In this document: positions 19,488 to 29,452 of the stretch, piece after piece
Numbering within the stretch: the first letter of the stretch is position 1
Layout of the letters: each line of letters opens with the position of its first letter
Assembly (NCBI GenBank): GCA_963836075.1
Contig: CAWIIB010000001.1
Coordinates: 1,216,001-1,280,000 of the forward strand
Direction of reading: 5' to 3'
DNA length: 64,000 nt
Source: an uncultured Acidobacteriota bacterium
GTDB taxonomy: Bacteria > Acidobacteriota > JAQAZP01
Program-made: the position numbers and the translations under genes
The notes under the pieces: generated by a model
Told to the model about the DNA's origin: nothing
What the model saw: only the letters and a program-made list of their open reading frames with translations
Database searches by the model: none

Positions 19488-21671
19488 GTGAGTGTCCCCA
19501 AGCGGATTGTCCTTACCACCGGCTGTATTCTGTTCAGCCTGATGCTGGCCGCCACCGGGACATCCTTTGCCCAGCGGGCCGAACCGATCATCATCGACCA
19601 TAGCTGTACCGTCCTCGAGGATATTCCAGAGGAATGGGTTATCGAGGCCAAAGACCAGCTGCGAATTTGCTACGGTCACACTTCACACGGAAGCCAGCCC
19701 ATTTCCGGAATGCAAGTACTGATGGACGATCCCGGTTACCAGGGCCTCTACGATTTCAACTATGACGGAGCCGTGGAACCAGGAGTGCTCTCCCTCCAAG
19801 ACACCGTACCCGAAGGTGACCTGGGAAATCCGGATTACACCACCTGGGCCGCGCGTACGCGCAGCCACCTCGACGGTCCGGGAAGCGACCGCAACGTGGT
19901 GATCTGGTCCTGGTGCGGCCAGGTCGACACCACGTCCGAGAACATCGATATCTACCTCGGTCTGATGAATCAACTGGAGGCAGATTATCCTGATGTTTCC
20001 TTCGTCTACATGACCGGCCATCTCAACGGCACCGGCGAAACGGGCAATGTCAACCTGCGGAATAACCAGATCCGGGCCTTCTGCATCGCCAACAACAAAA
20101 CTCTCTACGATTTCGCCGATATCGAGAGCTACGACCCGGATGGTAACTATTTCCTCGACCAGGGCGCTGATGATGAATGCAACTACGACGGCGGCAACTG
20201 GGCCGATGAATGGTGCGACTCACATCCCGGCAGTCCGCTCTGTATTGATTGTACCTGTGCCCACTCCCGGCCGCTGAACTGCAATCTCAAGGCCCGGGCC
20301 TTCTGGCGGCTCCTGGCAGAGATCGCCGGCATGGGGACAAAGCCGGACGAATACAGCATCGCCTTCTCCCCGTCCAGCCTCGTCTTCACCGCGCTGGAGG
20401 GCGGATCGCCTCCGGCGGCGCAAACCCTGGAGATCTGGCGCGAAGGGGACGGCACGCTGGACTGGACCGCCGCTGAGAGCACCGGCTGGCTCTCCCTGTC
20501 ACCCGCTTCGGGCAGTTCCACCGGTGAACATGATCCGGTGACTGTGGCAGTGGACGCCGCCGGCCTGCAGACCGGCACCTTCAATGCCACCATCACCATC
20601 TCCGATCCCGGTGCGCTGAACTCACCGCAAACCGTGCCGGTGAGCCTCACGGTCACCAGCGCCCAGACCTTCATCACGGCAGGCCCGGGCCCGGACTACG
20701 GCAACTCGCCGGAGGTGCGCGTCTTCCCACCGGAACAGGACAGCGGGCCGATCTATACCTTTGCCGCATACGGATCCCCGCACTACGGGGTGAACGTCAG
20801 CTGCGGCCGGGTGGCCGGCGGCAGCGGCGACGTGATCCTCACCGGCGCCGGACCGGGGGACATCTATGGACCCCACGTGCGGGGCTTCAGTGCGGACGGT
20901 ACACCGGTGGGCGGGCTGAGCTTCCTGGCCTATGGCACCAACAAGTTCGGGGTCAACGTGGCGGCCGGCGACCTGGACGCTGACGGCTATGACGAGATCA
21001 TCACCGGCGCAGGACCGGGCGCCGTCTTCGGCCCCCATGTCCGGGCCTTCGATTTCGACGGCGCACCGCCGGTGAGCCCGGTGGCCGGAGTGAGCTACTT
21101 CGCCTACGGCACACTGAAATACGGGGTCAATATCGCCGCCGGCGACCTGGACGGCGACGGTTATGACGAGATCGTCACCGGCGCTGGGCCGGGTGCCGTC
21201 TTTGGCCCCCACGTCCGGGGCTGGAACGTGGACGGCGGGGCGGCGACACCCATCCCCGGGGTCAGCTGGTTTGCCTACGGCACCTTGAAATACGGGGTCC
21301 ATGTGGCAGCCGGCGACCTGGACGGCGACGGACTGGCCGAGATCGTCACCGCCCCGGGCCCCTCTTCCCTCTTCGGCGCCCATGTGCGCGGCTGGAACGT
21401 GGACGGCACGGTGAGCCCCATGCCCGGCTTCAGCTTCTTCGCCTGGCCGGCAAGCCAGTCCACTTATGGCGCCCGGATCTTTGCCGGCGCCGACCTCAAC
21501 GATGACGGACGGGACGACCTGGTGGCGGGTGCCGGTCCGGACCCGGCGGCCGGAACACCGGTGCAGGTCTACCGCTACCTCGGCGGCACGGCCGAGCTCT
21601 GGTTCTCCCTGGAGGCCTTCCCCGCCGGCACCACCAGCGGCACCAGCGTTGCCGGAGGCGATCTGGGCTAG
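19488..21671 (+). CDS. Secreted protein: uncharacterised N-terminal (SGNH-like?) domain, BACON/Ig-like linker and C-terminal FG-GAP/VCBS-like GPGP-repeat module
   Basis: GTG behind GGAGG (ORF open from 19443); signal peptide; YGHTSHGSQ..WSWCGQ..FVYMTGH..CAHS domain; WLSLSPASG BACON; repeats GVNVAAGDLDGDGYDEIVTGAGPGAVFGPHVRGW. Confidence 0.8.
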   Translation: MSVPKRIVLTTGCILFSLMLAATGTSFAQRAEPIIIDHSCTVLEDIPEEWVIEAKDQLRICYGHTSHGSQPISGMQVLMDDPGYQGLYDFNYDGAVEPGVLSLQDTVPEGDLGNPDYTTWAARTRSHLDGPGSDRNVVIWSWCGQVDTTSENIDIYLGLMNQLEADYPDVSFVYMTGHLNGTGETGNVNLRNNQIRAFCIANNKTLYDFADIESYDPDGNYFLDQGADDECNYDGGNWADEWCDSHPGSPLCIDCTCAHSRPLNCNLKARAFWRLLAEIAGMGTKPDEYSIAFSPSSLVFTALEGGSPPAAQTLEIWREGDGTLDWTAAESTGWLSLSPASGSSTGEHDPVTVAVDAAGLQTGTFNATITISDPGALNSPQTVPVSLTVTSAQTFITAGPGPDYGNSPEVRVFPPEQDSGPIYTFAAYGSPHYGVNVSCGRVAGGSGDVILTGAGPGDIYGPHVRGFSADGTPVGGLSFLAYGTNKFGVNVAAGDLDADGYDEIITGAGPGAVFGPHVRAFDFDGAPPVSPVAGVSYFAYGTLKYGVNIAAGDLDGDGYDEIVTGAGPGAVFGPHVRGWNVDGGAATPIPGVSWFAYGTLKYGVHVAAGDLDGDGLAEIVTAPGPSSLFGAHVRGWNVDGTVSPMPGFSFFAWPASQSTYGARIFAGADLNDDGRDDLVAGAGPDPAAGTPVQVYRYLGGTAELWFSLEAFPAGTTSGTSVAGGDLG

Positions 21672-23167
21672 CCTGGCCCAACCAATTCCTCGAACAACAC
21701 CGCTATTTCTTCGGCGATCAACCTGTGCCCTTCCCGGGTCGGGTGGCAGTGGTCCAGGAAGAGGGATTCCCTTCCCTCCCTGTTGAACGCTGAAACCGCA
21801 TCCACCAGGGGAACACCATATTTCAACGAGAGTTCCTTCAGCTTTTCCCTGTATGCACTCTTGATCCGCAAAGACAGGTAGTCAAGATCCTTTGCCCTTT
21901 CCAGTTCGGCCTCAGCTTCGCAGAGTTTCCCTTTACTTTTCAGCGCGATACCCAGGTTGTAGTGGAAGACGGGGTATGAAGGGTTCTCGGTGAGGGCCTT
22001 CCGGAAATAGACCTCGGCTGCCGTGTGGTTGCCCTCCTTCAAGTAAAGAACCCCCAGATTGTTGAGGAATGTGGAGTTGTGCGGTTCGGTGAGCAGACGT
22101 TCCTCGTAAAAAGTCCTGTTCGCACCGGGATCACCCTGATCCTCGTAGGCTGATCGGAAGACGGAGATGGAGTAACGGGTGATCTGGTCATGGTCCCTGG
22201 CAAACTGCTCCCAGTCCAGGGCATAGGCGATCTTTCGTTGCAGGAGTTTCTGGGTCCGGTCTGCCATCACCAGTTCACCCTGCAGGTTCCTGATGTCGGA
22301 GAAGAGCTTGAACTGCAAACCGGCAGGCCATTCCAGGGGAACCGGGACGTTCACCATGGCCATATCGATACTGTTCTCTCTGGCGAAAGCGATCATTTTC
22401 TCAAGGTTCAGGTAGTAGTCTTCAGGCAATACCCTGATCACCACCTCCCTGTCCTCCGTACGCTCGCTCCCCAGCCGGTTCTTGATCAGCAGGATGATTT
22501 TTTCCATGAACCTGTAGGTGGCGAGGTTGTGCAGAGCGTCGAGGAAGCTCACGAACCGAGCGTTCCGGTGAACGAGCTCCTTGTCGGAAATATAGCCGCT
22601 CATCGAGGCATCGTTATTGCCGAAATAGGTCAGGATCAGGTCGGGTGAGTATTTCAATCCATAATTTTGAAGATAAAGCAGGCCCTGCAGGGAGGTGTAG
22701 CCGGAAACCGCCGCATTGACCAGTTCGAACTTTTTCCCGGGGTATCGCCGATCCAGGATTTCCACCAGCTGTTCCCCGAAAGCATGCTCTCTCTGTTTCA
22801 AGCCCAGGCCCACGGGAGTGGAATCCCCCAGCAACAGAATTCTGTAAGTGTCCCGGGGTTTGGGGATGGCAATGTCAGGGCCCAGCAGACCATCGTGATT
22901 GGTCCGCAGGAGGGGTTGGCGAACATCAGGTTTGAACTTCCACAGCAGCAGAGGGTCGCTCTGGTGCACTCCCCGGAAACGGGAGAAGAGCTCGTGCTGC
23001 CAGAGCTTGTTTCCGTGGATCAGCTTCTCCTGTCCAGTTCTGGAGGAAATGGCGTGAAAACCCAGCTCCAGGATCCTCAAAGCCCCCTCCAGGAACAGGA
23101 TGGGAGAAACGATGAGGATCACTTTGATCAGAATATGTTTGATCTTGAGACTGGATATCAGTGACAT
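21668..23167 (-). CDS. Membrane-anchored SGNH/GDSL hydrolase with an inserted TPR
   Basis: N-terminal TM, LLLGDST, NAAVSGYTS, YFGNND, terminal DHCHP; TPR FLNNLGVLY..HYNLG. Confidence 0.85.
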   Translation of the reverse strand: MSLISSLKIKHILIKVILIVSPILFLEGALRILELGFHAISSRTGQEKLIHGNKLWQHELFSRFRGVHQSDPLLLWKFKPDVRQPLLRTNHDGLLGPDIAIPKPRDTYRILLLGDSTPVGLGLKQREHAFGEQLVEILDRRYPGKKFELVNAAVSGYTSLQGLLYLQNYGLKYSPDLILTYFGNNDASMSGYISDKELVHRNARFVSFLDALHNLATYRFMEKIILLIKNRLGSERTEDREVVIRVLPEDYYLNLEKMIAFARENSIDMAMVNVPVPLEWPAGLQFKLFSDIRNLQGELVMADRTQKLLQRKIAYALDWEQFARDHDQITRYSISVFRSAYEDQGDPGANRTFYEERLLTEPHNSTFLNNLGVLYLKEGNHTAAEVYFRKALTENPSYPVFHYNLGIALKSKGKLCEAEAELERAKDLDYLSLRIKSAYREKLKELSLKYGVPLVDAVSAFNREGRESLFLDHCHPTREGHRLIAEEIAVLFEELVGPG

Positions 23168-23306
23168 TTCAGATACTCGGCATCAGCTGAATTCGATTAT
23201 TGGAATCCAACTGTAGCGGATTCAGCCCAGGCCCATCAAGAGCCCACCCGGAATCACACAAGCGGAAATCTTATCGATAATATTTATAGATTGTTATTGC
23301 CGCAGG

Positions 23307-23315
23307 TGATATAAT
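23307..23315 (+). promoter_or_regulatory. Consensus extended -10 promoter
   Basis: TGaTATAAT in an AT-rich intergenic region 80 bp upstream of 23395. Confidence 0.55.
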
Positions 23316-23394
23316 ATCGACAGATTTAGTAGACGATTCAGCAGAGTGCCCCCGGTCAAACATCGACGGAGACAACTCCTGGAAGGAGAATCAA

Positions 23395-23847
23395 ATGTCA
23401 ACCCATCTGACGAAAATCCTCGTTGTCCTGGCAATGACCATGCTCTTCGCCCCCGCGGCCCAGTCCGAAGTTCTCGGAGTTACACCCACTCTCGATCTGG
23501 AACTGACCTGCTCACCGGAGAAATTCACCCTCCCCGGCGACCTCCTGTTCAGTATCGAAGCCGTCAATATGACCGACCACCCGCGCATCTACTGGGGCCG
23601 CATAAACGTCGCCCTGGGCCAGGGACAAGTGATCCGGAACTGGCGGTTGGAGTTCGATCAGACTGTTGGAGGGCGCCAGACCTACAACAAACAGTTCAAG
23701 ATCAGGATTCCCGCCCTCCCCGGGTTTGCCGGAAACTATCGCTTCAAGTGCACCGCCATTGACATCACCCCGCCCGCGATGATCAATGGAATTCCCGCCG
23801 GCTACCGTGCCCGGAGCGAATGCATCGTGGGGATGATTCTCCCGTAG
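23395..23847 (+). CDS. Small secreted protein; free-standing copy of the domain at the C-terminus of the 38795..40672 protein
   Basis: AAGGAG RBS; signal peptide; LTCxP..TLP, WR, PAL..G, D.TP and PAGY..CxV pattern shared with that C-terminus. Confidence 0.8.
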   Translation: MSTHLTKILVVLAMTMLFAPAAQSEVLGVTPTLDLELTCSPEKFTLPGDLLFSIEAVNMTDHPRIYWGRINVALGQGQVIRNWRLEFDQTVGGRQTYNKQFKIRIPALPGFAGNYRFKCTAIDITPPAMINGIPAGYRARSECIVGMILP

Positions 23848-23897
23848 GACCGCGCCAGGAGGTATCAGGGAGGGACGTACGGAGCATGGTCGGGGTA

Positions 23898-25757
<1,860 letters not shown>

Positions 25758-26039
25758 CTGGCCCACCTCGAATAAGCTGCCGTGTTCCCCTGCCGGGATT
25801 CGTGCAAACGACAGGAGCCGGGAAAAAGGGGGATCCCCCCCCGGCGGTCGCGGTCATCGTATCAACGGTGCGCGCGTAGTGTGACAAATCAGGGGGTGGC
25901 GATTCAAGGAGGGAAAGGTAAATCGGCAATAAGGCTGTCCAGTGTCACCGGGTTCGACGGTTGAAGCGTGACTAACGCCCTCATATACTGTCTGTACTTG
26001 TAGAAAGCGTTTGATAACCGGAGCCTGGAGGAGGACATC

Positions 26040-26252
26040 ATGGAAATCGATCTGGTCAGCTTCTTCTTCGGCGTGGTGCTGACCCTGGCCCTGATCCTGG
26101 TGGCCGAGCGGGTCTACGGCCGGTTCTTCGGCAACAAGGAACTGCGCACGTTGCGGCGCGAAGTCAAACGTCTGCAGGGGATTTTGCGTAAGAAGAATGA
26201 ACTGATCAAGAAATCACTGAAAGATATCGAGACTCGGGAGGCCCGTCAATGA
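26040..26252 (+). CDS. Small single-TM protein with a coiled coil
   Basis: GGAGGAGG RBS; N-terminal TM; heptad tail; ATGA overlap with the next gene. Confidence 0.7.
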   Translation: MEIDLVSFFFGVVLTLALILVAERVYGRFFGNKELRTLRREVKRLQGILRKKNELIKKSLKDIETREARQ

Positions 26253-26560
26253 ACGAACATATCGATCGCCTGAAGAAATCGGTTACCCACGGGGCCATCG
26301 GTGGGCTGGCCGGGTTTATCGCTGAACGGGGCCTGGAATCGGCCACCGGAATGGACTTCATCAACGGCGTCTTCGAGGTTGCCGGCGCCACCCTGGGGGT
26401 GGTCAACGCCAACCGCGACCTGATCAAGCTGGCCTACGACAGCGCGGTCCAGCTCACCGGCAAGGAACCGAAGGATCTGACCAACGACGAGTGGGAAGAG
26501 GTCCGCCGGAAATATCCCAAGGCCGTGGAATACCTGGAGCGGGCGCTGGCCCTGCAATAA
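26249..26560 (+). CDS. Hypothetical protein with a glycine-zipper-like segment
   Basis: GGAGG RBS, translational coupling, GC3-rich codons; HGAIGGLAGFIA. Confidence 0.7.
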   Translation: MNEHIDRLKKSVTHGAIGGLAGFIAERGLESATGMDFINGVFEVAGATLGVVNANRDLIKLAYDSAVQLTGKEPKDLTNDEWEEVRRKYPKAVEYLERALALQ

Positions 26561-26574
26561 GCGGTGAAACCTTC

Positions 26575-27249
26575 ATGCCCGTTCCCGGATTGACTACGCT
26601 GGCCCTCACCGCCACCCGTCTGGCCTATCACCTGGCCGAGAAGAAACGGTGGCTGCCGGGCGGGGCCTACCACCGTCTGTCGGTGGACCGTCTCAAGGCC
26701 GGGGACCTGGACGAGGCCGAACGGCTCAATCGCCTGGCCCTGCAGCGCAAACCGAAACACCACCGGGCCCTGGTGGTCCGCGACCTGATCGCCATGCGCC
26801 GGGACGCCACCACCGCCGAAATCCAGAAGAGGCTCGACGATGAACAGCTGCGGATCGACGCGCTGCAGGCGGAACGCCAGACCTGCCGCTGGACGCTGGC
26901 CCGGGGCGAACGGCGGCGGCGGCACAAGCGGCTTGCCGGCTGGTTGCTGATCCCCCTGGCCGTCGCGGGCGCCCTGGTGGCCGGTACCGTGCTGGCCGGC
27001 GAGCAGTTCCCCCTCTGGGGCCGGATCGTTGCCGGGGCGGTGGGCGCCGCCCTGGTCTTCGTCCTGGTGCTGCCACGGTTCATCGGCGGAAGAGTTGATG
27101 ACCTGGTGCGGGAGGAGGAATGCCGGGCCGCTCTGGTGACCCTCTCCCGAGAGATCGAGGCCCGCAGTCGGCGAACCGCCGAACTGCAGCGGCAGCTGAA
27201 GGAAATCGCAGGGCCGCCGGACTGGCGAACCGAGGGAGCGGGACCATGA
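26575..27249 (+). CDS. Hypothetical membrane protein (TPR-like segment, coiled coils, 2 TM)
   Basis: ATG 14 nt after the previous stop; two hydrophobic helices flanked by coiled coils; overlaps the ABC ATPase start. Confidence 0.65.
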   Translation: MPVPGLTTLALTATRLAYHLAEKKRWLPGGAYHRLSVDRLKAGDLDEAERLNRLALQRKPKHHRALVVRDLIAMRRDATTAEIQKRLDDEQLRIDALQAERQTCRWTLARGERRRRHKRLAGWLLIPLAVAGALVAGTVLAGEQFPLWGRIVAGAVGAALVFVLVLPRFIGGRVDDLVREEECRAALVTLSREIEARSRRTAELQRQLKEIAGPPDWRTEGAGP

Positions 27250-28004
27250 ACCCCCTGATCGGCCTCTACGAGCTCAACAAGTGGTACGGACCCCTGAAGG
27301 CCCTCGACCGGTTGACCATTGAGGTGCACGGCGGCGAGATCTACGGCCTGTTGGGGCCCAACGGCGCCGGCAAGACCACGGCCCTCTCCTGCCTGGCCGG
27401 TCTGTCCCGTGCGGACAGCGGCCGGGTGATGGTGGCCGGGGAGGACGTCCGTTCCCGGCAGCGCCAGGCGGCGGCCCGGCTGGCCCTGATCCCCGACCGC
27501 CCGCACCTCCCCGACCGGCTGACCGTCATCGAGGTGGGTGAATACAGCCTGGGGCTGCGCGGGGCCGGCACCCGGGAGGCGCGCCGGCGGTTCACCCCCT
27601 GGCTGGAGCGCTTCGGCCTGGCGGACAAGGTTGACAGCCTGGTCTCCGAGTTGTCCCACGGCATGCGGCAAAAGGTGGTCTTCTCCACCGCACTGGCCGC
27701 CGACACCGACGTGCTGGTGGTGGACGAGCCGATGGTGGGGCTGGACGTGCCGGCCCAGCGTCTGGTGCTGGACATCCTGCGCGAAAAAGCTGATGCCCAC
27801 AGCGCCGTGCTGGTGACCACCCACACCCTGGCGGTGGCCCAGAAGCTCTGCACCCGGGTGGGCATCCTCGACCATGGGCGGCTGCTGGAGGAGGGGGCGC
27901 CGGAGGTGCTTTCCGCTACCCGGGGCCGGCCCGACCTGGAGGAGGTGTTCCTCGACCTGCTCCGTGAAAGCCAGCCTGCGGCGCAGCCCTCCGAGGCGGG
28001 TTGA
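27246..28004 (+). CDS. ABC transporter ATP-binding protein (CcmA/DrrA-like)
   Basis: GPNGAGKTT, LSHGMRQK, VVDEPMVGLD, VTTH. Confidence 0.93.
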   Translation: MNPLIGLYELNKWYGPLKALDRLTIEVHGGEIYGLLGPNGAGKTTALSCLAGLSRADSGRVMVAGEDVRSRQRQAAARLALIPDRPHLPDRLTVIEVGEYSLGLRGAGTREARRRFTPWLERFGLADKVDSLVSELSHGMRQKVVFSTALAADTDVLVVDEPMVGLDVPAQRLVLDILREKADAHSAVLVTTHTLAVAQKLCTRVGILDHGRLLEEGAPEVLSATRGRPDLEEVFLDLLRESQPAAQPSEAG

Positions 28005-28137
28005 ACGGCGGCAGGCCCTTTCCTATACTGTTCCCCCGGAGCGGGACACGGATAGCCGGCCCAAACCGGTGCAGCAACATTGATTCGACATCTTCATCCA
28101 TCGCAACGTACAGGGAGTGACAAAGGAGCCCCGGAAA

Positions 28138-29424
28138 ATGGCCGACAAATCGTTCAACGCCTTTGAAATGGCACAGACCCAGTTTGACCGGGTGGCTGAC
28201 CTGCTCGATCTCGACCCCTCCTCCAGGGAGCTGCTGCGCCAGCCCCTGCGGGAGTATCACTTCAGCATTCCGGTGCGGATGGATGACGGCGCGGTCAAGG
28301 TCTTCCGCGGGTTCCGGGTCCAGCACAACGATGCCCGGGGACCCTGCAAGGGCGGTATCCGCTTCCACCCCCAGGAAACGGTGGACACGGTGCGCGCCCT
28401 ATCGATGTGGATGACCTGGAAGTGCGCGGTGGTGGACATCCCCCTGGGCGGCGGCAAGGGCGGCGTGATCTGCGACCCGCACAACCTGAGCCAGCGGGAA
28501 CAGGAGCTGATCTGCCGCGGCTGGGTGCGCCAGCTGGCAAAGAACGTGGGGCCGGTCTCCGATGTTCCGGCACCGGACGTGATGACCAGCGGCCAGCACA
28601 TGCTCTGGATGCTCGACGAGTTCGAGACGATCCACGGCGGGAAGTACCCCGGGTTCATCACCGGCAAACCGGTGGGCATGGGCGGATCACTGGGCCGCAC
28701 CGAGGCCACCGGCTACGGGGTGATCTACACCGTTCGCGAAGCGCTGCATCAACTGGGCATCGCCCCGGAGAGCACCACGGCCAGTGTCCAGGGTTTCGGC
28801 AACGTGGCCCAGTTCGCCATCGACCTCTACAGCCAGATGGGCGGCAAGGTGGTCTGCGTTTCCTGCTGGGACCAGGGTGACCAGACCTCCTATTCCTTCC
28901 GCAAGACGGACGGCATCCAGCTGGAGGTCCTCAAGGGAATCACCGACCGCTTCGGCGGTATCGACAAGGACAAGGCCCGGGAGCTGGGCTACGAAGTGCT
29001 GCCCGGCGACGCCTGGCTGGAGCAGGAGGTGGACCTCCTCATCCCGGCGGCGCTGGAGAACCAGATCACTGGCGACAATGCGGACAAGCTCAGCAAACAG
29101 GTCAAGGTCATCGCCGAAGGGGCCAACGGTCCCACCACCCCGGAGGCCGACCGGCTGATCGAGGAGCGGGGCATCTTCCTCATCCCCGACTTCCTGGCCA
29201 ACGCCGGCGGGGTCACCTGCAGCTACTTCGAGCAGGTGCAGTGCAACATGAACTACTACTGGGAGAGGGACGAGGTCCTGGAGAAACTGGATCTGCAGAT
29301 GACCGCGGCCTTCAGGGCGGTGAGCGAGCTGGCGGCAAAGCGCAAGCTCTACACCCGCGACTCGGCCTATGTCATTTCCATCGGCCGGGTGGCCCAGGCC
29401 TGCCGCAACCGCGGCTGGGTCTGA
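28138..29424 (+). CDS. gdhA: Glu/Leu/Phe/Val dehydrogenase (glutamate dehydrogenase)
   Basis: GFRVQHNDARGPCKGGIRF, GGGKGG, DVPAPD, GGSLGRTEATGYG, QGFGNV, EGANGP, ANAGGV. Confidence 0.92.
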   Translation: MADKSFNAFEMAQTQFDRVADLLDLDPSSRELLRQPLREYHFSIPVRMDDGAVKVFRGFRVQHNDARGPCKGGIRFHPQETVDTVRALSMWMTWKCAVVDIPLGGGKGGVICDPHNLSQREQELICRGWVRQLAKNVGPVSDVPAPDVMTSGQHMLWMLDEFETIHGGKYPGFITGKPVGMGGSLGRTEATGYGVIYTVREALHQLGIAPESTTASVQGFGNVAQFAIDLYSQMGGKVVCVSCWDQGDQTSYSFRKTDGIQLEVLKGITDRFGGIDKDKARELGYEVLPGDAWLEQEVDLLIPAALENQITGDNADKLSKQVKVIAEGANGPTTPEADRLIEERGIFLIPDFLANAGGVTCSYFEQVQCNMNYYWERDEVLEKLDLQMTAAFRAVSELAAKRKLYTRDSAYVISIGRVAQACRNRGWV

Positions 29425-29452
29425 TCCCGAAAGCCCGCCGGGGAGGGACGAC

